64,000 nucleotides of DNA from an uncultured Salinibacterium sp. (GTDB lineage Bacteria; Actinomycetota; Actinomycetes; Actinomycetales; Microbacteriaceae): contig CAYZHZ010000002.1 of assembly GCA_964477625.1 (NCBI GenBank), positions 11,444 to 75,443 of the forward strand, in the 5' to 3' direction. Shown here one piece after another: positions 9,892 to 18,921 of this stretch. The notes under the pieces are model-generated. The model was given only the letters and a program-made list of their open reading frames with translations. It made no database searches and was not told the origin of the DNA. A program made the translations under genes and the position numbers. Every line of letters starts with the position of its first letter. Within the stretch, counting starts at the first letter, position 1.

Positions 9892-10680
9892 ATGAACTCC
9901 ACGACATCGCAGTCAGAGTTTCTGAAGAAACTCAGCACGCACCCCATTGAGCGGGGCGGCGCTGTCGCGCTGCACTGGCAATGCAGCGAAGCTCTCAAAC
10001 TCACGATCGAGGAGCTTCACTATCCGCCGGCCGTGCCGCTGCCGTCCGAGAACGACATGGCGGAGGCCTTGAGAATCAGCAGGCCGACGCTGCGGCAGGC
10101 GATGGCTCGCCTCGCGAGCGACGGAGTCATCCACACCCAGCGCGGCATCGGTGCGTTCGCACTCGGTGGCGCCCTCGTGCGTAAGGTCGGGCTCAACAGC
10201 CTCTACCGCGACCTCGTCAACGAGGGCCGCGCCCCGACGACGCACCTCGTGCACCTCGGCGAAACCGTCGCAGATGAGCGCACGGCCGCGGGCCTGCGGA
10301 TCGCCGTGGGCACACCGCTTCAAGACATCGAACGCGTGCGGCTCGCCGACGGAGTCCCCATCGTGCTCATCCGCTCGAAGCTCGCCCTGCCCGACGGCGT
10401 GCGACTCACGCGCGACGATCTGCTCAACGATGGTCTGTACAACAGTCTGCACCGGGTAGCGGGCGTCGAACTCGTCGGCGGAAACCAGACCGTCACCGCG
10501 CGCAAGGTCACCGCGCAGGAGGCCGAACTGCTCGAGCTTCCCGCCGACTCGGCCGTCATGGTCGCGCAGCGCTACGCGTTCGACGCGCGCGGTCGCGGCA
10601 TCGAGTCGAGCAACATCGTGTACTCGGAGGGGACGGAACTGTTCACGTCTGACCTGCGCGGCACGTCGGTTCGCGCGTAG
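9892..10680 (+). CDS. GntR (HutC/UTRA) transcriptional regulator
   Basis: LPSENDMAEALRISRPTLRQA wHTH; UTRA-like IERVRLADGVP. Confidence 0.92.
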   Translation: MNSTTSQSEFLKKLSTHPIERGGAVALHWQCSEALKLTIEELHYPPAVPLPSENDMAEALRISRPTLRQAMARLASDGVIHTQRGIGAFALGGALVRKVGLNSLYRDLVNEGRAPTTHLVHLGETVADERTAAGLRIAVGTPLQDIERVRLADGVPIVLIRSKLALPDGVRLTRDDLLNDGLYNSLHRVAGVELVGGNQTVTARKVTAQEAELLELPADSAVMVAQRYAFDARGRGIESSNIVYSEGTELFTSDLRGTSVRA

Positions 10681-10745
10681 ACCGGTCTCGAGCCGGGGCG
10701 ACAGGGGGCTGGGCATCCGTCCCCTTTCGTCGGCGTTGACCCATT

Positions 10746-10761
10746 GCGCTCATTTGAGCGT
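10746..10761. promoter_or_regulatory. Palindrome GCGCTCATTTGAGCGT, candidate SorC-family operator
   Basis: CGCTCA-TT-TGAGCG dyad in an AT-rich gap directly downstream of the SorC-family gene. Confidence 0.55.
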
Positions 10762-10876
10762 TATAAAAATCTCGTCTGAGATATCTATTGGTAACGCAGG
10801 GCACGCCAGAACGTCAAGTCGGAGCGACGGATGAGTGACAACGACGGCGGAGCGCGTCAGAGGCGGTTGAGACGCG

Positions 10877-11866
10877 TCAGGCGCGGTCGAGAACTGCCTC
10901 GGCGAGCGCGCGATCGGCGACCAGGGTTTTCACCAGACCGGATCGAGCGGCCGCGAGGGTCGCGTCGGCGCGGTGGGCGCCGTAGCTCGTAACGAGCAGT
11001 TGAGGTACCCGACGCAGCTCGTCGAGGCTGATACCGACGATCTGGTCGTCGAGCAGGTGGGGCAGGGGCTGACCGTTGCGGTCGAACAAACGCCCGCTGA
11101 TCTCGCCGACCACCCCCTCTTCTGCGGCGCGACGACGCAGGGGTTCCGGTGACGAATCGAAGATGGTCGAGCCCGAGGGCATCCATCCGCCGATCGACAC
11201 CACCGCGACCTCGAGGCGCGAGAACATCTCCAGGGCGGCGGAGATGGCCGGCTGCGTTCTGAGGGATGCTGCGGTGTGGGCATCCTGCACGACGAGTGGG
11301 GCGTAGATCGGGTACGCGGTGCCCCCGCTGATTTCGGCGGCGCGACGCACGATCTCCACGGTTCCCGGGAGGCCCGCGATCTCGACGTGCCCGCCGAGCT
11401 GCACGAGCGAGCACGGCTCGAGGTGCGTGAGCTGGTTGATCATCGAGATGGTCGCGCGGCTCCACGCGAGTCCCACGACATCTCCGGCGCTCACGACATC
11501 GGCCACCTCGCGGGCGAGCGCACCGGCCACGACCTCAAGCGGTGTTACTGCGCCGAGCGACGACACGACCACGGCGCGACGCACTCCGAGCGCGGATTGC
11601 AGTCTCGCCGACAGGTCGTGGTCGATACCACCCGGGGGGCGCACGTCGATGTGAACCATGCCGGCTTCGCGTGCGACGGTGAGCAGGCGAGCAGCCTGAA
11701 AGCGCGTGATACCAAACCTGTCGGCGATCGCGACCTTCGACTCGTCATCGAGGTAGTACGCTCGGGCAACCTGAAGTGCGAGGGCCAGTTCTTCGTCCTC
11801 GGAGAGGTGGCGGGCCGGTTGTCCGGCATCGGCCGGGGCGACCGGCGGGCGGCCTCGGCGTGCCAT
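10877..11866 (-). CDS. SorC/DeoR(Bsu)-family sugar-binding transcriptional regulator
   Basis: VARAYYLDDESKVAIADRFGITRFQAARLL; VGLAWSRAT; VQLGG; IYAPLVV. Confidence 0.92.
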   Translation of the reverse strand: MARRGRPPVAPADAGQPARHLSEDEELALALQVARAYYLDDESKVAIADRFGITRFQAARLLTVAREAGMVHIDVRPPGGIDHDLSARLQSALGVRRAVVVSSLGAVTPLEVVAGALAREVADVVSAGDVVGLAWSRATISMINQLTHLEPCSLVQLGGHVEIAGLPGTVEIVRRAAEISGGTAYPIYAPLVVQDAHTAASLRTQPAISAALEMFSRLEVAVVSIGGWMPSGSTIFDSSPEPLRRRAAEEGVVGEISGRLFDRNGQPLPHLLDDQIVGISLDELRRVPQLLVTSYGAHRADATLAAARSGLVKTLVADRALAEAVLDRA

Positions 11867-12018
11867 GCGCACATCCTCTCGCTCGGGTGCGTTGCGACCG
11901 ACTCTAGTGGAGTGCGCGAAAAGCCTCATCGACAAGCGGAGCGGAATCTGGTTGGATTTCGTATCGATTGATGTTATCAATTCTCTCATCTGTGAATAAC
12001 GCGAAGGTGTCTTCGGCA

Positions 12019-13488
12019 ATGCAGCTCAACTCCTCCAGCGTCTCGACGCTGCCGGCCACGGTCGCCGTGCCGTCGTACGACCGCTCGAAGGTCACCGTGG
12101 GCATCGTCCACTTCGGGGTGGGGGGATTCCACCGCTCACACCAGGCCATGTACGTCGACCGCCTACTGAACGCCGGTGAGGCACTGGAGTGGGGAATCTG
12201 CGGAGTCGGCGCGCTGCCCCACGACAGCAGAATCCGCGATGTCATGCGCGACCAAGACTGCCTCTACACGCTCGAACTCAAGAACGCCGACGGAAGCCGC
12301 GACCTGCGCGTGATCGGCTCGATCGTCGAGTTTCTGTTCGCCCCCGAAGACCCCGAAGCCGTCATCGAACGCATGACCGACCCGGCCGTTCGCATCGTCT
12401 CGCTCACCATCACCGAGGGCGGCTACAACTTCGACCAGGTCACGGGAGAGTTCGACCTCACCAACCCGGCGGTCGTGAAGGATGCTGCGCTCACGTCCCC
12501 GCCCGAGACCGTCTTCGGGCTCATCGTCGAGGCCCTCGCACGTCGCCGTGAGCGTGGCGTCGAGCCGTTCACGGTCATGTCGTGCGACAACATCCAGGGC
12601 AACGGCGATGTCGCGAAGCGCTCCTTCGCGGCCTACGCGCGCCTGCGCGATGCCGCGCTCGGTGACTGGGTCGAGCGCGAGGTCGCGTTCCCCAACTCGA
12701 TGGTCGACCGCATCACCCCCGTCACCTCCGATGACGACCGTGACGAGATCGCCGCCCACCTCGGCGTCACCGACGCGTGGCCCGTCGTCGCGGAGCCGTT
12801 CGAGCAGTGGGCGCTCGAAGACCACTTTCCGCAGGGACGCCCCGCCTTCGAGGCGGTGGGCGTTCAGCTCGTCGACGACGTCGAACCGTACGAACTGATG
12901 AAGCTGCGCCTGCTCAACGCCACCCACCAGGGCATGTGCTACTTCGGCTACCTCGCGGGCTACCGCTACGCCCACGAGGCATCCGCCGATCCGGCGATGG
13001 CGCAGTTCTTGCTCGACTACATGCACTCCGAGGCCACCCCGACCCTGCGGCCCGTACCCGGCGTCGACCTGGATGCGTACAAGCGCACGCTCATCGAGCG
13101 ATACCGCAACCCCGAGGTACGCGACACCCTCGCGCGGCTGTGCGCCGAGTCGAGCGACCGCATCCCCAAGTGGCTGCTCCCCGTGGTGCGGGAGCAGCTC
13201 GCCCGCGACGGGTCGGTCACGAACTCCGCGGCCATCGTCGCGAGTTGGGCACGCTACGCCGAAGGCGTCGACGAGCAGGGTGAACCGATCGACGTCGTCG
13301 ACCGTCTGCGCGAGCAACTGGTGCCGATCGCGCGGAGTCAGCGGGGTAACCCGCTCGCGTTCATCCAGAACCGTTCGGTGTTCGGCGACCTCGTCGACGA
13401 CGAGCGCTTCACGACGCCGTACCTCGCGGCGCTCGAGTCGCTGCACGAGCGCGGAGCGAAGGTGACCTACTCCTCGCTGGTTGAGTAG
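12019..13488 (+). CDS. Mannitol 2-dehydrogenase family protein
   Basis: GIVHFGVGGFHRSHQA, SLTITEGGY, MSCDN, FPNSMVDRITP, MKLRLLN. Confidence 0.95.
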   Translation: MQLNSSSVSTLPATVAVPSYDRSKVTVGIVHFGVGGFHRSHQAMYVDRLLNAGEALEWGICGVGALPHDSRIRDVMRDQDCLYTLELKNADGSRDLRVIGSIVEFLFAPEDPEAVIERMTDPAVRIVSLTITEGGYNFDQVTGEFDLTNPAVVKDAALTSPPETVFGLIVEALARRRERGVEPFTVMSCDNIQGNGDVAKRSFAAYARLRDAALGDWVEREVAFPNSMVDRITPVTSDDDRDEIAAHLGVTDAWPVVAEPFEQWALEDHFPQGRPAFEAVGVQLVDDVEPYELMKLRLLNATHQGMCYFGYLAGYRYAHEASADPAMAQFLLDYMHSEATPTLRPVPGVDLDAYKRTLIERYRNPEVRDTLARLCAESSDRIPKWLLPVVREQLARDGSVTNSAAIVASWARYAEGVDEQGEPIDVVDRLREQLVPIARSQRGNPLAFIQNRSVFGDLVDDERFTTPYLAALESLHERGAKVTYSSLVE

Positions 13489-13509
13489 CGCGAAGCGCGT
13501 ATCGAAACC
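13479..13509 (+). repeat. REP-like element, copy 2
   Basis: ggttgagtagcgcgaagcgcgtatcgaaacc; same flanks as copy 1 with a different inner stem-loop. Confidence 0.8.
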
Positions 13510-13513
13510 ACCG

Positions 13514-14515
13514 CTAGACCTGCGGGTTGACGACCGCCTTGAGGGAGGCGGGGTTGTCGGCGGCGAGCGTGATGGCGGCGGTCGCCTCATCCAAACCGAA
13601 GCGGTGCGTGATGACGCTCGAGACATCGACCTTGCCCGACCCGATCAGGTCGAGCGCGAGCGGGTACGAGTTCGCGTAGCGGAAGATGCCCGTGATCGTG
13701 AGCTCCCGGCCCTGCAGGAACGGCACATCGATCTGCACGAGGTCGGCGCCCATGCCCACGAGCACGAGTCGACCCGCGGGGGCGAGTGACTTGAGGCTCG
13801 AGAGCGCGACGGCGGCGACACCGGTGCACTCGATGGCGACGTCGAAGTCACCGTCGACCTGGTCGGGGGTGCGGGCATCCAGGCCCAGGGCGCGTGCCGC
13901 GTCGAGGCGGAACGGGTTGAGGTCGGAGATCGTCACCGAACTCGCACCGAACGCGCGAGCGACCTGAGCGGCGAAGTTGCCGACCGGACCCGCCCCTGTC
14001 ACGAGCACCCGGTCGCCCGGCGCGACCTGGCCGCGACGGTTCGCCCACACCCCGACCGCCACCGGCTCGGCCATCGCGGCCTGCTCGGCGGTGAGGTTCG
14101 CGGGGGCGACATGCGCAAAGCTCGCGTCGAAGGCGACGAACTGCGTCATGGATCCATCGACGGGCGGCGTCGCGAAGAAGATGACGTTCGGGCACAGGTT
14201 GTACCGCCCGGCCCGGCACTGTTCGCAGGTTCCGTCGGGCACCCCGGGCTCGAGTGCCACGAGCTGGCCGATGCGGCTCGGGTCGACGCCCTCCCCCACC
14301 TCGGTGATGACACCGGCGGACTCGTGCCCGACGATCATGGGCGAGACGACCTCGTAGGGTCCGATGCGCCCGTGTTCGTAGTAGTGCACGTCGGAGCCGC
14401 AGATGCCGACCGCGTCGATGCGCACGACGACCTGACCGGGGCCCGCGGTGGGCAAGGGTCGCTCTTCGACCCGCAGGTCATGCACGGCGTGAAGAACGGC
14501 GCTGCGGTTCGTCAT
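13514..14515 (-). CDS. Sorbitol/xylitol dehydrogenase (Zn-MDR)
   Basis: GICGSDVHYYEHGRIG, GHE, FFATPPVDG, GAGPVG, GIFRYAN. Confidence 0.92.
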   Translation of the reverse strand: MTNRSAVLHAVHDLRVEERPLPTAGPGQVVVRIDAVGICGSDVHYYEHGRIGPYEVVSPMIVGHESAGVITEVGEGVDPSRIGQLVALEPGVPDGTCEQCRAGRYNLCPNVIFFATPPVDGSMTQFVAFDASFAHVAPANLTAEQAAMAEPVAVGVWANRRGQVAPGDRVLVTGAGPVGNFAAQVARAFGASSVTISDLNPFRLDAARALGLDARTPDQVDGDFDVAIECTGVAAVALSSLKSLAPAGRLVLVGMGADLVQIDVPFLQGRELTITGIFRYANSYPLALDLIGSGKVDVSSVITHRFGLDEATAAITLAADNPASLKAVVNPQV

Positions 14516-14653
14516 GCCGCCATCCCCAGCAGTCGCGCGAGGTTGCCCCCGCACACCAGAAGCCGGGCTTCTTCGGATTCGACGGTTCTGCTCATGCGAC
14601 ACACGATAGGGAGGGATGCGGGGCCTTCCTAGCCTTGCCGGTGCCCTATTCTG

Positions 14654-14666
14654 ATACTTTCTTGCA
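14654..14666 (-). promoter_or_regulatory. TGC-N5-AGTAT, candidate site for the AraC-type polyol activator
   Basis: Minus strand TGCAAGAAAGTAT upstream of the sorbitol dehydrogenase; resembles the Pseudomonas MtlR half-site as recalled. Confidence 0.35.
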
Positions 14667-14681
14667 GCTGATCCGGAGATT

Positions 14682-15719
14682 GTGCGAGTGAGCGCCCTCA
14701 CGTCCGAAAAAATCGCGCAGCAACTGCGTGGTCGTGCCGCCGCACGCGAGGTCATCATCACCGAGCCCGGGGAGTCGGTGCGCTGGTCGCAGCACGACTA
14801 CCCCGCACCCGTCGCCCGCTGGAACTACCACCCGGAGTTCGAGATCCACCTCTGCCGCACCACCACGGGACGCTTCATCGTGGGGGACCACATCGGCGCA
14901 TTCACGCCGGGCCAGGTCACCCTCATCGGCTCGGGTGTGCCGCACCACTGGGTGAGCGACCTGGCGCCGGGCGAGATCGCGCCGCTGCGCGACGCCGTGG
15001 TTCAGTTCGACGGCGGGTGGCTCGCACGATCGGCGCGTGACATGCCCGAACTGAGTGAAGTGGATGCCCTGCTCGCCGAGGCCTCCCGCGGGCTGCTGTT
15101 CACCGGCGCGAGCGCCACGGCCGCAGCAGAGCGCATCGAGCTCATGGGGGTCACGACGGGACTCGCTCGCCTCGCCCACTTCTTTCAGCTGCTCACGATC
15201 CTGCTCCACTCCCCCGCGCACGAGCGCGAGCCGCTTGCCCGGGAATGGTTCACCTCCCCCGCCGAATCGGGCGAAGGAAAGCGCGCCGTGGAGACCGGCA
15301 TCGGGTACATCTTCGACAACCTGCACGGCACGGTTCGCATGGCCGAGGCGGCGCGCCTCGCGGGCATGTCGCCGGCGAGCTTCTCCCGCTTCTTTCAGCG
15401 GGCGAGTGGGCGCACCTTCAGCGAGACGGTGCGCATGCTGCGCATCACGAGGGCACGGATGATGCTCGAGCAGTCCTCGGCCCCGATCGCGTCGATCTGC
15501 TACGACGTCGGCTTCTCGAACCTGTCCAACTTCAACCGCCAGTTCTTGCGGGAGGTCGGGGTGACGCCGCGGGCCTACAGGAGCATGACCTCGACGGTGG
15601 CCGTTCGGGAAGCGCCGGGCTCGAGCATCCATGCCTCACCGCGATCGATCACGGAATCGAGCCCGTCGCCGAAACGCACAGACGAGGGCTCGAGGCCGAC
15701 GACGTCCGCCGAGCCGTAG
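14682..15719 (+). CDS. AraC-family regulator (MtlR-like)
   Basis: WNYHPEFEIH cupin; FIVGDHIGAF; C-terminal VGFSNLSNFNRQF. Confidence 0.92.
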   Translation: MRVSALTSEKIAQQLRGRAAAREVIITEPGESVRWSQHDYPAPVARWNYHPEFEIHLCRTTTGRFIVGDHIGAFTPGQVTLIGSGVPHHWVSDLAPGEIAPLRDAVVQFDGGWLARSARDMPELSEVDALLAEASRGLLFTGASATAAAERIELMGVTTGLARLAHFFQLLTILLHSPAHEREPLAREWFTSPAESGEGKRAVETGIGYIFDNLHGTVRMAEAARLAGMSPASFSRFFQRASGRTFSETVRMLRITRARMMLEQSSAPIASICYDVGFSNLSNFNRQFLREVGVTPRAYRSMTSTVAVREAPGSSIHASPRSITESSPSPKRTDEGSRPTTSAEP

Positions 15720-16447
15720 AACGGGAAGCCGTCGGTCAGCCGCTCCTGCCAGTACCAGAGGTACGGCAGTTCGCGAGGTTCCCACTCGACTCGCACGGCG
15801 CCGCTCGGGCGGCGCAGCTCGACCCACCCGTCGTTGCCGCCCACGAGGCTGATCACGCGCGACCGGCCCGCGGGGATCGGGGTGTCGAGACCCGACGGCC
15901 AGGTCATGATCGTTCCCTGGTCGGTCCCCGACTCCCACTCGCTGCCCTCGGGAGCGATGACCCGGGCATCCTCACCGAGAGCGAGCGCGATGTGCTCCAC
16001 GAACATCGCGGGCACCACTCGCGATGACCCGTTCTCGACCGTCGTCGTCACACGCAGGCGGGAGCCCTCGAGCGCGAGCGTGCGGGTGACGCCGAACGAG
16101 TCCCGCGCGATCGTGCGCATCGTGAGTGCCGAGGGCGTGTGGCTCTCGAGCGTCCACGGAATCACCGACACCTCACCGTGGAATGGATGATGCACGCCAC
16201 CGACCACCGACGGCGCACCGCCACTCGGGGTCAACAACTGCCACCCGCCGCGATACCTCGTGAGCCAACTCACGTGGGTCGGGTGCAGGGCGCCCGTGTC
16301 GGGGTGCGCGGGAACGTCGGGCTCGAAGGACGCGAGCACGTTGTCGCGGGCCGCTGCGGTCGCCCCGAAGTGCATGATGGAGCCGCCGTCGAGGTCCACC
16401 GTCACGACGGCGGACGACGAGGAGATCGTCTCGAGGGCGCTCGCCAT
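15575..16447 (-). CDS. Aldose 1-epimerase/galactose mutarotase-like protein
   Basis: YRGGWQLLTP, HPFHGE, MFVEH, PYLWYWQE, VGLEP. Confidence 0.75.
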   Translation of the reverse strand: MASALETISSSSAVVTVDLDGGSIMHFGATAAARDNVLASFEPDVPAHPDTGALHPTHVSWLTRYRGGWQLLTPSGGAPSVVGGVHHPFHGEVSVIPWTLESHTPSALTMRTIARDSFGVTRTLALEGSRLRVTTTVENGSSRVVPAMFVEHIALALGEDARVIAPEGSEWESGTDQGTIMTWPSGLDTPIPAGRSRVISLVGGNDGWVELRRPSGAVRVEWEPRELPYLWYWQERLTDGFPFYGSADVVGLEPSSVRFGDGLDSVIDRGEAWMLEPGASRTATVEVMLL

Positions 16448-17664
16448 CAGCCGATTCGGATGCCGCGGTCCGACATGAAGGGAACCGGGTTGTGGGTCAC
16501 ACCGTTGATGCGCACCTCGAAGTGCAGGTGGCAGCCGGTCGAGGTGCCGGTCGTCCCCACGAGCGCGATGCGCTGGCCGGCGGCGACGCTCGAGCCGTAG
16601 CCGACGAGGAGTCCGCCGTTGACGATGTGCGCGTACGCGGTCTGCGCCCCACCACCGTGGTTGATGAGGATGAAGTTGCCGTAGCCGCCGTTCCACCCCG
16701 AGTAGGTGACGGTGCCGCCGGTGGCCGCGTAGATGGGGGCTCCGCAGCGGGCGCCGATGTCGGTGCCGCGGTGGTTGCTCGAGGCTCCGTTGGTGGGTGA
16801 GACACGGTACCCGAACGAGCTCGTGATGCGACCAGCGGCGGGCAGTGCCCAGCCGCCCGCCCCGACGTACCCGGCACCCGCGGCGGCTGCCGCAGCTGCG
16901 GCGGCAGCGGCTGCGGCGGCTCGGGCATCCACACCCTTCTGGTAGTCGACCTCGGTCGCGGCTCGACGCTCCTTGAGCACCAGGAGCTGAGCCTGCAGGC
17001 GAGCCTCGTTCGCGAGTTGCTCATCGACGGCGGCGCGCGCGGCGATCGTCGCGGCCTGAGCGACCTCGAACGCCTCCTCGGCGGCCTGCCGCAGCACGTC
17101 GAGTTCGGCCTTCGCGATCTCCGCCTGGTCGGTGAGGGACTGTGCGGTGTTGCGGTCGTGGAGGGCCGCCTCGTAGATGACGTTGGCCTGGTCGGCGACC
17201 TTCGTGGAGAGGCCGAGGTAGTAGAGCAGGTCATCCGTTTGGGCGCCCGTGCTCGTGAAGAGCGTCGCCGTGACGTCTTGGCTGCCACGAGCGAGCTGCG
17301 CAGCCATCTGCCCGGCGCGTGCCGCGGACTCGGTCGCGACGGCGTTCGCGGCGTCCGCCTGGGCCTGCAGCGTTTCGGCGGCGGCCGCGGCATCCTGGAA
17401 CTTCTCGTCGGCGTCGCGCCAGAGCTGGCCCTTGAGCTCTTCGTCGGCGATGGCCGCCGCGGTTGCCGCCTGCAGCTGGGCGATGAGGGCCTCGATCTGC
17501 TTGATCGCCGCGACCGCGCTCGCCTCGTTCTGGCGGGCCGTGTTGAGGTCCTCCCACGTCGGGTAGTCGACGGCGGCGGCGGGGGTCGCGATTCCGAGGG
17601 TCACGGCGAGCGCGACAACGGCAGCGAATGCTGCGGCGCGGGCACGAACAAACGGCCTCACCAC
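16447..17664 (-). CDS. Secreted M23 peptidoglycan metallopeptidase with N-terminal coiled coil
   Basis: Signal peptide, Ala-rich coiled coil, HRGTD, AYAH, STGCHLHFEV. Confidence 0.93.
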   Translation of the reverse strand: MVRPFVRARAAAFAAVVALAVTLGIATPAAAVDYPTWEDLNTARQNEASAVAAIKQIEALIAQLQAATAAAIADEELKGQLWRDADEKFQDAAAAAETLQAQADAANAVATESAARAGQMAAQLARGSQDVTATLFTSTGAQTDDLLYYLGLSTKVADQANVIYEAALHDRNTAQSLTDQAEIAKAELDVLRQAAEEAFEVAQAATIAARAAVDEQLANEARLQAQLLVLKERRAATEVDYQKGVDARAAAAAAAAAAAAAAGAGYVGAGGWALPAAGRITSSFGYRVSPTNGASSNHRGTDIGARCGAPIYAATGGTVTYSGWNGGYGNFILINHGGGAQTAYAHIVNGGLLVGYGSSVAAGQRIALVGTTGTSTGCHLHFEVRINGVTHNPVPFMSDRGIRIG

Positions 17665-17791
17665 GTGCGATCACCTCCCCCAGATTCCGGTTAAGGTAAC
17701 AAATCATCATCGGCCTGTCTGGGTGCCGCACCGGTCTGCGCGATCGCTCTGGGGCAAGTCACAGAATGCCGGCGCGTGCCATCATCGACGA

Positions 17792-18334
17792 GTGAGACTG
17801 GATCTGCTGCCCGCCCTCGATCACCCCGAGCTGTTGGCGCAACCCGTCGCTGCGGCACTCCGTGGGCTCGAACCGGCGGTGGCGGCGAGCGTGCGGGTGG
17901 CCGCGATCGATCCCGAGCTCGCCGACACGGCCGCGTTCTGTGAGACGTACGACGTCGGGCTCGACGTCTCGGCGAACTGCGTCATCGTTGCGGGGCGCCG
18001 CGGTGAGAGCATCCGCTATGCCGCCTGCATGGTTCTGGCGACGACGCGCGCCGACGTGAATGGACTCATTCGCACGATGCTGGATGCCCGCAAGGCGAGC
18101 TTCGCCCCCATGGACGACGCGGTAGCCCTCACCAGCATGGAGTACGGCGGCATCACTCCGATCGGGGTGCCGGCGGACTGGCCCATCCTGATCGACTCCC
18201 GCATCGTCGAGCTACCCGAGATCATCGTCGGCTCGGGACTGCGCCGCAGCAAGATCGCCATGCCAGGCTCCGCCCTCGCGGCGCTGCCCGGTGCCCAGGT
18301 GGTCCAGAATCTCGCGCGCTCGGTCGAGGGCTAG
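17792..18334 (+). CDS. YbaK/EbsC aminoacyl-tRNA deacylase-like protein
   Basis: IDPELADTAAFCETY, SANCVIV, MEYGGITPIG, GSGLRRSK. Confidence 0.9.
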   Translation: MRLDLLPALDHPELLAQPVAAALRGLEPAVAASVRVAAIDPELADTAAFCETYDVGLDVSANCVIVAGRRGESIRYAACMVLATTRADVNGLIRTMLDARKASFAPMDDAVALTSMEYGGITPIGVPADWPILIDSRIVELPEIIVGSGLRRSKIAMPGSALAALPGAQVVQNLARSVEG

Positions 18335-18337
18335 CGG

Positions 18338-18388
18338 CTAGGGAACGACGAGCGCGCCGTAGGCGTCCGGCCGGCGGTCGCGGTAGGC
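18338..18388 (-). pseudogene. C-terminal remnant of a nitrilase-related carbon-nitrogen hydrolase
   Basis: Minus frame reads AYRDRRPDAYGALVVP* with no upstream gene body. Confidence 0.6.
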
Positions 18389-18411
18389 GGGGGAACCGCC
18401 CTGCGAATGCC

Positions 18412-18849
18412 CTAGCTCACGGCCTTCTTCACGAGCGCCGCGATCGTCTTCTCCTCGGCGTCGCCGATCGCGGTGAGGGCCCACGAGCACGCCCACATGT
18501 CACCGTCGTCGAGGTTCGCCTCCTGCTGAAAGCCGAGCGTCGAGTAGCGCGTGTTGAACTTGCCGCCGGGCTGAAAGAAGACGACGACCTTGTTGTCGGA
18601 GTTCGCCCAGCCGGGCATTCCGTAGAACGTCTTCGGGTAGAGCTCGGGCGCCTGCTTGGCGACGATCGCGTGGATCTTCTTCGCCATCTTCTGCTCGCTC
18701 GGGCTGAGTTCGGCGATCTTGGCGTCCTGATCCTTCGCGAGGTCTTCGCGCTTCTGCGACGCCTTGAGCTCGCGCGCGTGCTCCTTCATCGCGGCCTTCT
18801 CCTCGGCGCTGAATCCGGGGCTCTTCGTGGTCTTCTTCGTCTCTGCCAT
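18412..18849 (-). CDS. DUF1801 (YdhG-like) protein
   Basis: FSAEEKAAMKE, PKTFYGMPGW, FFQPGGKFNTRYSTLGF; TAGTCT -10 gives a leaderless start. Confidence 0.85.
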   Translation of the reverse strand: MAETKKTTKSPGFSAEEKAAMKEHARELKASQKREDLAKDQDAKIAELSPSEQKMAKKIHAIVAKQAPELYPKTFYGMPGWANSDNKVVVFFQPGGKFNTRYSTLGFQQEANLDDGDMWACSWALTAIGDAEEKTIAALVKKAVS

Positions 18850-18921
18850 GCGGTAAGACTACGGATGCCCGGGCCAGCGGCGCTTCTCCGAAACTGCTCG
18901 ACACCCGTCCCTCGCGGGGGA

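Noticed and set aside
16860-16925. GCN-rich low-complexity run
   Set aside because: Poly-Ala linker of the M23 peptidase, not an independent repeat.
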